64,000 bases of DNA, taken from contig OZ024760.1 of assembly GCA_964016885.1 (NCBI GenBank), positions 30,752,001 through 30,816,000 of the forward strand, given 5' to 3'. Positions 10,501 through 23,639 of the stretch are shown piece by piece (position 1 is the first letter of the stretch; each line of letters opens with the position of its first letter). The DNA is from Eledone cirrhosa. Its lineage: Eukaryota. Made by a program: the position numbers and the translations under genes. The notes below the pieces were generated by a model that saw only the letters and a program-made list of their open reading frames with translations, did no database searches and was not told where the DNA came from.

Positions 10501-13500
10501 GTAATGTAATGTAATTTAATGTAATGTAATGTAATGTAATGTAATGTAATGTAATGTAATGTAATGTAATGTAATGTGTAATGTAATGTAATGTAATATA
10601 ATATAATATAATATAATATAATATAACATAATATAATATAATATAATATGTAATGTAATGTAATGTTGTGTAATGTGTAATGTAATGTAATGTAATGTAA
10701 TGTAATGTATGTGTAATGTAATGTAATGTAATGTAATGTGTAATGTAATGTAATGTAATGTAATGTAATGTAATGTAATGTGTAATGTAATGAAATGTAA
10801 TGTGTAATGTAATGTAATGTAATGTAATGTAACGTGTAATGTAATGTAATGTAATGTAATGTAACGTGTAACGTAATGTAATGTAATGTAATGTGTAATA
10901 TAATATAACGTAATGTAATGTAATGTAATGTAATGTAATGTAATATGTAATGTAATATAATATAATATTATATAATATAATATAATATAGTATACTATGT
11001 AATGTAATGTAATGTAATGTAATGTAATGTAATGTAATGTGTAATATAATGTAATGTAATGTGTAATGTAATGTAATGTGTAATGTAATGTAATGTGTAA
11101 TGTAATGTAATGTAATGTAATGTAATGTAATGTAATCTGTAATGTAATGTAATGTATTGTTATGTGTAACGTAATGTAATGTAATGTAATGTATATGTAA
11201 TGTAATGTAATGTGTAATGTGTAATGTAATGTAATGTAATGTAATGTAATGTAATGTAATGTAATGTAATGTAAGGTGTAATGTAATGTAATGTAATTTA
11301 ATGTAGTGTAATGTAATGTAATGTAATGTGTAATGTAATGTAATGTAATGTAATGTAATGTATAATGTAATGTAATGTAATGTAATGTGTAATGTCATGT
11401 AATGTAATGTAATGTAATGTAATGTAATGTAATGTAATGTAATGTAATGTAATGTAATGTATAATGTAAGGTAACGTAATGTAATGTAACGTAATGTAAC
11501 GTGTAATGTAATGTAATGTAATGTAATGTAATGTAATGTGTAATGTAATGTAATGTAATGTAATGTAATGTAATGTAATGTGTAAGGTGAAATGTAATGT
11601 AATGTATTATAATGTAATGTGTAATGTAACGTAACATAATGTGTAATGTAATGTAATGTAATGTAATGTAATGTGTAATGTAATGTAATGTAATGTAATG
11701 TAATGTAATGTAATGCAATGTAATGTAATGTAATGTGTAATGTAATGTAACGTAATGTGTAATGTAATGTAACGTAATGTGTAATGTAATGTAATGTAAT
11801 GTAATGTATAATGTAATGTAATGTAATGTAATGTAATGTAATTTAATGTAATGTAATGTAATGTAATGTAATGTGTAAGGTGTAATGTAATGTAATGTAA
11901 TGTAATATAATGTAATGTGTAATGTAATGTAAGGTAATGTGTAATGTAATGTAATGTAATGTAATGTGTAATGTAATGTAATGTAATGTGTAATGTAATG
12001 TAATATAATGTAATATAATATAATATAACATCACATAATATGTAATGAAATGTAATGTAATGTAATGTAATGTAATGTAATGTAATGTGTAATGTCATGT
12101 AATGTAATATAATATAATGTAATGTAATATAATGTAATGTAATGTAATGTAATGTAATGTAATGTAATGTAATGTGTAATGTAGGGTAACGTAATGTAAT
12201 GTAATGTAATGTAATGTGTAATGTAATGTAATGTAATGTAATGTAATGTAATGTAATGTGTAATTTAATGTAATGTAATGTAATGTAACGTAATGTGTAA
12301 TGTAATGTAATGTGTAATGTAATGTAATATAATATAATATAATATAATATAATATAATATAACATCACATAATATGTAATGTAATGTAATGTAATGTAAT
12401 GTAATGTAATGTAATGTAATGTAATGTGTAATGTCATGTAATGTAATGTAATGTAATATAATGTAATTTAATGTAATGTAATGTAATGTAATGTGTAATG
12501 TAATGTAATGTAATGTAATGTAATGTGTAATGTAATGTGTAATGTAATGTAATGTAATGTAATGTAACGTAATGTAATGTAATGTGTAATGCAATGTAAT
12601 GTAATGTAATGTAATGTAATGTGTAATGTAATGTAATGTAATGTAATCTAATGTAATGTAATGTAATGTAAAGTGTAATGTAATGTAATGTAATGTGTAA
12701 TGTAATGTAATGTAACGTGTAATGTAATGTAATGTAATGTGTAATGTCATGTAATGTAATGTAATGTGTAATGTAATGTAATGTAATGTAATGTAATGCA
12801 ATGTAATGTAATGTGTAATGTAATGTAATGTAATATAATCTAATGTAATGTAATGTATTGTAATGTAACGTGTAATGTAATGTAATGTAATGTAATGTAA
12901 TGTAATGTAATGTGTAATGTAATGTAATGTAATGTAATGTAATGTAATGTGTAATGTAATGTAATGTAATGTAATGTAATGTAATGTACTATAATGTAAT
13001 GTGTAATGTAATGTAATGTAATGTAATGTAATGTAATGTGTAATGTAATGTAATGTGTAATGTAATGTAATGTACTGTGTAATGTCATGTAATGTAACAT
13101 GATGTGTAATCTAATGTAATGTAATGTAATGTAATGTAATGTAACGTGTAATGTAATGTAATGTAATGTAATGCAATGTAATGTAATGTAATGTAATGTA
13201 ATGTAATGTAATGTAATGTCTAATGTAATGTAATGTAATGTAATGTAATGTGTAATGTAATGTAATGTAATGTAATGTAATGTGTAATGTAATGTGTAAT
13301 GTAATGTAATGTAATGTAATGTGTAATGTAATGTGTAATGTAATGTAATGTAATGTAATGTAATGTGTAATGTAATGTGTAATGTAATGTAATGTATAAT
13401 GTAATGTAATGTAATGTAATGTAATGTGTAACGTAATGTAATGTAATGTAATGTAATGTAATGTAATGTGTAATGTGTAATGTGTAATGTAATGTAATGT

Positions 13501-16500
13501 AATGTAATTTAACGTAATGTAATGTGTAATGTAATGTAATGTAATGTAATGTAATGTAATGTAATGTAATGTAATGTAATGTGTAATGTAACGTAATGTA
13601 ATGTAATGTAATGTAACGTGTAATGTAATGTAAGGTAATGTAATGTAATGTGTAATGTAATGTAATGTAATATAATGTAATGTAATGTGTAATGCAATGT
13701 AATGTAATGTAATGTAATGTAATGTAATGTAATGTAATGTGTAATGTAATGTAATGTAATGAAATGTAATGTGTGATGTAACGTAATGTAATGTGTAATG
13801 TCATGTAATGTAATGTAATGTAATGTAATGTAATGTGTAATGTAATGTAATGTAACGTAATGTGTAATGTAAGGTAACGTAATGTAATGTAATGTAATGT
13901 AATGTAATGTAATGTGTAATGTAATGTAATGTAATGTGTAATGTAATGTAATGTAATATAATGTAATGTAATGTAATGTAATGTGTAATGTAATGTAATG
14001 TAATGTAATGTAATGTAATGTGTAATGTAATGTAATGTAATGTAATGTAATGTGTAATGTAACGTAATGTAATGTAATGTAATGTGTAATCTCATGTAAT
14101 GTAATGTAATGTGTAATGTAATGTAATGTAACGTAATGTGTAATGTAAGGTAATGTAATGTAATGTAATGTAATGTGTAATGTAATGTAATGTAATGTAC
14201 TGTAATGTAATGTGTAATTTAATGTAATGTCATGTAATGTAATGTAATGTAAAGTGTAATGTAATGTAATGTAATGTAATGTAGTGTAATGTAATGTAAT
14301 GTAATGTAATTTAATGTAATGTAACGTAATGTAATGTAATGTAATGTAATGTGTAACGTAATGTAATGTAATGTAATGTAATGTAATGTAATGTAATGTC
14401 TAACGTAATGTAATGTAATGTAATGTAATGTAATGTGTAATGTAACGTAATGTAATGTAATGTAATGTAATGTGTAATGTAATGTGTAATGTAACGTAAT
14501 GTAATGTAATGTAATGTGTAACGTAATGTGTAATGTAATGTAATGTAAAGTAATGTAATGTAATGTAACGTAATGTATGGTAATGTAATGTAATGTAATG
14601 TAATGAGTAATGTAATGTACTGTAATGTAATGTAATGTGTAATGTAATGTAATGTAATGTAATGTAATGTAATGTGTAATGTAATGTGTAATGTGTAATG
14701 TAATGTAATGTAATGTAATGTAATGTAATGTAATGTGTAACGTAATGTAATGTAATGTAATGTAATGTAATGTGTAATGTAATGTAATGTAATGTGTAAT
14801 GTAATGTAAGGTAATGTAATGTAATGTAATGTGTAATGTAATGTAATGTAATGTAATGTAATGTAATGTAATGTGTAATGTAATGTAATGTAATGTAATG
14901 TATAATGTAATGTAATGTAATGTGTAATGTAATGTAATGTAATGTAATGTAATGTAATGTAATGTAATGTAATGTAATGTAATGTATAATGTAAGGTAAC
15001 GTAATGTAATGTAATGTGTAATGTAATGTAATGTAATGTGTAATGTAAAGTAATGTAATGTAATGTAATGTAATGTGTAATGTAATGTAATGTAATGTAA
15101 TGTAATGTTATGTAATGTAATGTAATGTGTAAGGTGTAATGTAATGTAATGTAATGTAATGTAATGTGTAATGTAATGTAATGTAATGTAACGTAATGTA
15201 ATGTTATGTAATGTGTAATGTAAGGTAATGTAACGTAATGCAATGTAATATAATGTGTAATGTAATGTAATGTAATGTAATGTGTAATGTAAGGTAATGT
15301 AATGTAATGTAATGTAATGTAATGTAATGTGTAATGTAATGTAATGTAATGTGTAATGTAATGTAATGCAATGTAATGTAATGTGTAATGTAATGTAATG
15401 TAATGTCATGTGTAATGTAATGTAACGTAATGTAATGTAACGTAATGTGTAATGTAATATAATGTAATGTAATGTAATGTAATGTAATGTAATGTAATGT
15501 AATGTAATGTGTAATGTAATGTAATGCAATGTTTAATGTAATGTAACGTAATGTAATGTAATGTGTAATGTAATGTTTAATGTAATGTAATGTAATGTAA
15601 TGTAATGTAATGTAATGTAATGTAATGTAATGTAATGTAATGTAATGTAATATAATGTAATGTAATGTAATATGTAATGTAATGTAATGTAATGTTTAAT
15701 GTAATGTAACGTAATGTAATGTAATGTGTAATGTAATGTTTAATGTAATGTAATGTAATGTAATATGTAATGTAATGTAATGTAATGTAATGTAATGTAA
15801 TGTAACGTAATGTAATGTAATGTAATATAATGTAATGTAATGTAATATGTAATGTAATGTAATGTAATGTAATGTAATGTAATGTAACGTAATGTAATGT
15901 AATGTAATTTAATGTAATGTAATGTAACGTAATGTGTAATGTAATGTGATGTAATCTGTAATGTAATGTAACGTAATGTAATGTGTAATGTAATGTAATG
16001 TAATGTGTAATGTAATGTAATGTAATATAATGTAATGTAATATAATGTAGTGTAATGTAATGTAATGTAATGTTATGTAATGTAATGTGTAATGTAATGT
16101 AATATAATGTAATTTAATGTAAGGTAATGTAATGTAATGTAATGTGTTACGTAATGTAATGTAATTTACTGTAATGTAATGTAATGTAATGCAATGTAAT
16201 GTAATGTAATGTCTAATGTAATGTAATGTAATGTGTAATGTAATGTAATGTAATGTAATGTAATGTAATGTAATGTAATGTAATGTAATGTAATGTGTAA
16301 TGTAATGTAATGTGTAATGTAATGTAATGTAATGTGTAATGTAATGTAGTGTAATGTAATGTAATGTAATATAATGTAATGTAATGTGTAATGAAATGTG
16401 TAATGTAATGTAATGTAATATAATCTAATGTAATGTGTAATGTAATGTAATGTAATATAATGTAAAGTGTAATGTAATGTAATGTAATGTAATGTAATGT

Positions 16501-16687
16501 GTAATGTAACGTAATGTAATGTAATGTACTGTGTAATGTCATGTAATGCAACATAATGTGTAATGTAATGTAATGTAATGTAATGTAATGTAATGTAACG
16601 TAATGTAATGTAATGTAATGTGTAATGTAATGTGTAATGTAATATAATGTAATGTAAAGTAATGTAACGTAACGTAATGTAATATAA

Positions 16688-16872
16688 TTGTTTCTACTTT
16701 AGGCACAATGCCAGCAATTACTCAGTGCATTACTGGTACTTTATTTTATCGACCCCGTAAGGATGAAAGGCAAAGTCAACCTCGGCGGGATTTGAACTCA
16801 GATCGTAAAGGGACGTAACTATGCTGGAAAGCATGACGTCCGACCTTCTACCGATACTGCCAATCCACCACC
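16688..16872 (-). mobile_element. SINE copy 4 (type A)
   Basis: Same body with diagnostic CATGACG and CCACCACC, plus CACAATG and CTCAGTG. No clear TSD. Confidence 0.9.
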
Positions 16873-19253
16873 CTAATGTAATGCGTAATGTAATGTGTAA
16901 TGTAATGTGTAACGTAATGTAATGTAATGTAATGTAATGTAATGTAATGTAATGTCTAACGTAATGTAATGTAATGTAATGTAATGTAATGTGTAATGTA
17001 ACGTAATGTAATGTAATGTAATGTAATGTGTAATGTAATGTGTAATGTAACGTAATGTAATGTAATGTAATGTGTAACGTAATGTGTAATGTAATGTAAT
17101 GTAAAGTAATGTAATGTAATGTAACGTAATGTATGGTAATGTAATGTAATGTAATGTAATGAGTAATGTAATGTAATGTAATGTAATGTAATGTGTAATG
17201 TAATGTAATGTAATGTAATGCAATGTAATGTGTAATGTAATGTGTAATGTGTAATGTAATGTAATGTAATGTAATGTAATGTAATGTAATGTAATGTGTA
17301 ACGTAATGTAATGTAATGTAATGTAATGTAATGTGTAATGTAATGTAATGTAATGTGTAACGTAATGTAAGGTAATGTAATGTAATGTAATGTGTAATGT
17401 AATGTAATGTAATGTAATGTAATGTAATGTAATGTGTAATGTAATGTAATGTAATGTAATGTATAATGTAATGTAATGTAATGTGTAATGTAATGTAATG
17501 TAATGTAATGTAATGTAATGTAATGTAATGTAATGTAATGTAATGTATAATGTAAGGTAACGTAATGTAATGTAATGTGTAATGTAATGTAATGTAATGT
17601 GTAATGTAAAGTAATGTAATGTAATGTAATGTAATGTAATGTGTAATGTAATGTAATGTAATGTAATGTTATGTAATGTAATGTAATGTGTAAGGTGTAA
17701 TGTAATGTAATGTAATGTAATGTAATGTGTAATGTAATGTAATGTAATGTAACGTAATGTAATGTTATGTAATGTGTAATGTAAGGTAATGTAACGTAAT
17801 GCAATGTAATGTAATGTGTAATGTAATGTAATGTAATGTAATGTGTAATGTAAGGTAATGTAATGTAATGTAATGTAATGTAATGTAATGTGTAATGTAA
17901 TGTAATGTAATGTGTAATGTAATGTAATGCAATGTAATGTAATGTGTAATGTAATGTAATGTAATGTCATGTGTAATGTAATGTAACGTAATGTAATGTA
18001 ACGTAATGTGTAATGTAATATAATGTAATGTAATGTAATGTAATGTAATGTAATGTAATGTAATGTAATGTGTAATGTAATGTAATGCAATGTTTAATGT
18101 AATGTAACGTAATGTAATGTAATGTGTAATGTAATGTTTAATGTAATGTAATGTAATGTAATGTAATGTAATGTAATGTAATGTAATGTAATGTAATGTA
18201 ATATAATGTAATGTAATGTAATGTAATGTAATATGTAATGTAATGTAATGTAATGTTTAATGTAATGTAACGTAATGTAATGTAATGTGTAATGTAATGT
18301 TTAATGTAATGTAATGTAATGTAATATGTAATGTAATGTAATGTAATGTAATGTAATGTAATGTAACGTAATGTAATGTAATGTAATATAATGTAATGTA
18401 ATGTAATATGTAATGTAATGTAATGTAATGTAATGTAATGTAATGTAACGTAATGTAATGTAATGTAATTTAATGTAATGTAATGTAACGTAATGTGTAA
18501 TGCAATGTGATGTAATCTGTAATGTAATGTAACGTAATGTAATGTGTAATGTAATGTAATGTAATGTGTAATGTAATGTAATGTAATATAATGTAATGTA
18601 ATATAATGTAGTGTAATGTAATGTAATGTAATGTTATGTAATGTAATGTGTAATGTAATGTAATATAATGTAATTTAATGTAAGGTAATGTAATGTAATG
18701 TAATGTGTTACGTAATGTAATGTAATTTACTGTAATGTAATGTAATGTAATGCAATGTAATGTAATGTAATGTCTAATGTAATGTAATGTAATGTGTAAT
18801 GTAATGTAATGTAATGTAATGTAATGTAATGTAATGTAATGTAATGTAATGTAATGTAATGTGTAATGTAATGTAATGTGTAATGTAATGTAATGTAATG
18901 TGTAATGTAATGTAGTGTAATGTAATGTAATGTAATATAATGTAATGTAATGTGTAATGAAATGTGTAATGTAATGTAATGTAATATAATCTAATGTAAT
19001 GTGTAATGTAATGTAATGTAATATAATGTAAAGTGTAATGTAATGTAATGTAATGTAATGTAATGTGTAATGTAACGTAATGTAATGTAATGTACTGTGT
19101 AATGTCATGTAATGCAACATAATGTGTAATGTAATGTAATGTAATGTAATGTAATGTAATGTAACGTAATGTAATGTAATGTAATGTGTAATGTAATGTG
19201 TAATGTAATATAATGTAATGTAAAGTAATGTAACGTAACGTAATGTAATATAA

Positions 19254-19438
19254 TTGTTTCTACTTTAGGCACAATGCCAGCAATTACTCAGTGCATTACT
19301 GGTACTTTATTTTATCGACCCCGTAAGGATGAAAGGCAAAGTCAACCTCGGCGGGATTTGAACTCAGATCGTAAAGGGACGTAACTATGCTGGAAAGCAT
19401 GACGTCCGACCTTCTACCGATACTGCCAATCCACCACC
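19254..19438 (-). mobile_element. SINE copy 5 (duplicate of copy 4)
   Basis: Identical by eye to copy 4, including flanks, 2566 bp downstream. Confidence 0.9.
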
Positions 19439-19680
19439 CTAATGTAATGCGTAATGTAATGTGTAATGTAATGTAATGTGTAATGTAATGTAATGTAATG
19501 CAATGTAATGTAATGTAATGTGTAATGTAATGTAATGTAATGTGTAATGTAATGTGTAATGTAATGTAATGTAATGTAATATAATGTAATGTGTAATGTA
19601 ATGTAATGTAATCTAATGTAATGTAATGTAAAGTAATGTGTAATGTAATGTAATGTAATGTAATGTCTAATATAATGTAA

Positions 19681-19868
19681 TTGTTTCTACTTTAGGCACA
19701 AGGCCAGCAATTACCCAGTGCATTACTGGTACTTTATTTTATCGACCCCGTAGGGATGAATGGCAAAGTTAAACTTGGCGGGATTTGAACTCAGAATGGC
19801 AAGGGCCGTAACTCTATGCGTCATAAGCGTGGCGTCCGACCCTATACCGATACTGCCAATCCACCGCC
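19681..19868 (-). mobile_element. SINE copy 6 (type B, 188 bp)
   Basis: The 3' half matches type A but the segment between the A and B boxes differs (AGAATGGCAAGGGCCGTAACTCTATGCGTCATAAGCGTGG). 20-bp TSD with one mismatch at 19662-19681 and 19872-19891. Confidence 0.9.
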
Positions 19869-22404
19869 CCCAATGTATAATATAATGTAATGTAATGTAA
19901 TGTAATGTAATGTGTAATGTAGTGGGTAATGTAATGTAATGTAATGTAATGTAATGTGTAATGTAATGTGTAATGTGATGTAATGTAATGTAATGTAATG
20001 TAATGTAATGTAATGTAATGTAATGTAATGTAATGTAATGTAATGTGTAATGTAATGTAATGTAATGTAATGTGTAATGCAATGTAATGTAATGTAATGT
20101 AATGTAACGTAATATAATGTAATGTAATGTGTAATGTAATGTAATGTAATGTAATGTAATGTAATGTAATGTAATGTAATGTGTAATGTAATGTAATGTA
20201 ATGTAATGTAATGTAATGTAATGTGTAATGTAATGTAATGTGATGTGTAATTTCATGTAATGTAATGTAATGTGTAATGTAATGTAATGTAATGTAATGT
20301 AATGTAATGTAATGTAATGTAATGTAATATGTAATGCATAATGTAATGTAATGTAATGTAATGTAATGTAATGTGTAATGTAATGTGTAATGTAATGTAA
20401 TGTAATATAATGTAATGTGTAATGTAATGTAATGCAATGTAATGTAATGTAATGTGTAATGTAATGTAATGTGTAATGTAATGTAATGTACTGTGTAATG
20501 TTATGTAATGTAATATGATGTGTAATGTAATGTATTGTAATGTTATGTAATGTAATGTAACGTGTAATGTAACGTAATGTAATGTAATGTAATGTAATGT
20601 GTAATGTTATGTAATGTAATGTAATGTAATGTAATGTAATGTCTAATGTAATGTAATGTATTGTAATGTAATGTGTAATGTAATGTAATGTAATGTAATG
20701 TAATGCAATGTAATGTAATGTAATGTAATGTAATGTAATGTAATGTAATGTAATGTAATGTGTAATGTAATGTGTAATGTAATGTAATGTAATGTAATGT
20801 AATGTAATGTAATGTAATGTAATGTGTAATGTAAGATGTAATGTAATGTAATGTAATGTAATGTAATGTGTAATGTAATGTAATGTAATGTAATGCAATG
20901 TAATGTAATATGTAATGTAATGTAATGTAATGTAATGTGTAATGTAAGGTAATGTAATGTAATGTAATGTAATGTAATGTAATGTGTAATGTAATGTAAT
21001 GTAATGTAATGTGTAATGTAATGTAATGTAATGTAATGTAATGTGTAATGTAATGTAATGTAATGTCATGTGTAATGTAATGTAACGTAATGTAATGTAA
21101 CGTAATGTGTAATGTAATATAATGTAATGTAATGTAATGTAATGTAATGTAATGTAATGTGTAATGTAATGTAATGCAATGTTTAATGTAATGTAACGTA
21201 ATGTAATGTAATGTGTAATGTAATGTTTAATGTAATGTAATGTAATGTAATATGTAATGTAATGTAATGTAATGTAATGTAATGTAATGTAATGTAATGT
21301 AATGTAATGTAATATAATGTAATGTAATGTAATGTAATGTAATATGTAATGTAATGTAATGTAATGCAATGTTTAATGTAATGTAATGTAATGTAATGTG
21401 TAATGTAATGTTTAATGTAATGTAATGTAATGTAATATGTAATGTAATGTAATGTAATGTAATGTAATGTAATGTAACGTAATGTAATGTAATGTAATAT
21501 AATGTAATGTAATGTAATATGTAATGTAATGTAATGTAATGTAATGTAATGTAATGTAACGTAATGTAATGTAATGTAATTTAATGTAATGTAATGTAAC
21601 GTAATGTGTAATGTAATGTGATGTAATCTGTAACGTAATGTAACGTAATGTAATGTGTAATGTAATGTAATGTAATGTGTAATGTAATGTAATGTAATAT
21701 AATGTAATGTAATATAATGTAGTGTAATGTAATGTAATGTAATGTTATGTAATGTAATGTGTAATGTAATGTAATATAATGTAATTTAATGTAAGGTAAT
21801 GTAATGTAATATAATGTGTTACGTAATGTAATGTAATGTACTGTAATGTAATGTAATGTAATGCAATGTAATGTAATGTAATGTCTAATGTAATGTAATG
21901 TAATGTGTAATGTAATGTAATGTAATGTAATGTAATGTAATGTAATGTAATGTAATGTAATGTATTGTAATGTAATGTAATGTGTAATGTAATGTAATGT
22001 GTAATGTAATGTGATGTAATGTAATGTAATGTAATGTGTAATGTAATGTAGTGTAATGTAATGTAATGTAATGTAATGTAATGTAATGTGTAATGAAATG
22101 TGTAATGTAATGTAATGTAATGTAATATAATCTAATGTAATGTGTAATGTAATGTAATGTAATATAATGTAAAGTGTAATGTAATGTAATGTAATGTAAT
22201 GTAATGTGTAATGTAACGTAATGTAATGTAATGTACTGTGTAATGTCATGTAATGCAACATAATGTGTAATGTAATGTAATGTAATGTAATGTAATGTAA
22301 TGTAATGTAATGTAACGTAATGTAATGTAATGTAATGTGTAATGTAATGTGTAATGTAATATAATGTAATGTAAAGTAATGTAACGTAACGTAATGTAAT
22401 ATAA

Positions 22405-22589
22405 TTGTTTCTACTTTAGGCACAAGGCCAGCAATTACCCAGTGCATTACTGGTACTTTATTTTATCGACCCCGTAAGGATGAAAGGCAAAGTCAACCTC
22501 GGCGTGATTTGAACTCAGATCGTAAAGGGACGTAACTATGCTGGAAAGCATGACGTCCGACCCTCTACCGATACTGCCAATCCACCACC
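22405..22589 (-). mobile_element. SINE copy 7 (same insertion lineage as copies 4 and 5)
   Basis: Same left flank (AACGTAACGTAATGTAATATAAT) and the CATGACG/CCACCACC diagnostics. B box substitution: GTGATTTGAAC on +. Confidence 0.9.
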
Positions 22590-22851
22590 CTAATGTAATG
22601 TGTAATGTAATGTGTAATGTAATGTAATGTAATGTAATGTGTAATGTAATGTAATGTAATGCAATGTAATGTAATGTAATGTGTAATGTAATGTAATGTA
22701 ATGTGTAATGTAATGTGTAATGTAATGTAATGTAATGTAATATAATGTAATGTAATGTAATGTGTAATGTAATGTAATGTAATCTAATGTAATGTAATGT
22801 AAAGTAATGTGTAATGTAATGTAATGTAATGTAATGTCTAATATAATGTAA

Positions 22852-23039
22852 TTGTTTCTACTTTAGGCACAAGGCCAGCAATTACCCAGTGCATTACTGG
22901 TACTTTATTTTATCGACCCCGTAGGGATGAAAGGCAAAGTTAAACTCGGCGGGATTTGAACTCAGAATGGCAAGGGCCGTAACTCTATGCGTCATAAGCG
23001 TGGCGTCCGACCCTATACCGATACTGCCAATCCACCGCC
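22852..23039 (-). mobile_element. SINE copy 8 (type B, duplicate of copy 6) with perfect 20-bp TSD
   Basis: AATGTCTAATATAATGTAAT occurs at 22833-22852 and 23043-23062. Confidence 0.9.
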
Positions 23040-23639
23040 CCCAATGTCTAATATAATGTAATGTAATGTAATGTGTAATGTAATGTAATGTAATGTAATG
23101 TAATGTGTAATGTAATGGGTAATGTAATGTAATGTAATGTAATGTAATGTGTAATGTAATGTGTAATGTGATGTAATGTAATGTAATGTAATGTAATGTA
23201 ATGTAATGTAATGTAATGTGTAATGTAATGTAATGTAATGTAATGTGTAATGCAATGTAATGTAATGTAATGTAATGTAACGTAATATAATGTAATGTAA
23301 TGTGTAATGTAATGTAATGTAATGTAATGTGTAATGTAATGTAATGTAATGTAATGTAATGTGTAATGTAATGTAATGTAATGTAATGTAATGTAATGTA
23401 ATGTAATGTGTAATGTAATGTAATGTGATGTGTAATTTCATGTAATGTAATGTAATGTGTAATGTAATGTAATGTAATGTAATGTAATGTAATGTAATAT
23501 GTAATGCATAATGTAATGTAATGTGTAATGTAATGTGTAATGTAATGTAATGTAATATAATGTAATGTGTAATGTAATGTAATGCAATGTAATGTAATGT
23601 AATGTGTAATGTAATGTAATGTGTAATGTAATGTAATGT

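Larger units (their letters stand above)
14330..19460. repeat. Near-identical tandem duplication, unit about 2.57 kb (SINE copies 4 and 5)
   Basis: Identical SINEs 2566 bp apart and the same variant series (GAGT, ATGGT, GTTAC, TTTACTGT). Confidence 0.85.

Noticed and set aside
16670-16890. TSD for the copy 4/5/7 lineage
   Set aside because: The left flank (TAATGTAATATAAT) and right flank (TAATGTAATGYGTAAT) share only generic repeat, so a TSD is not supportable.
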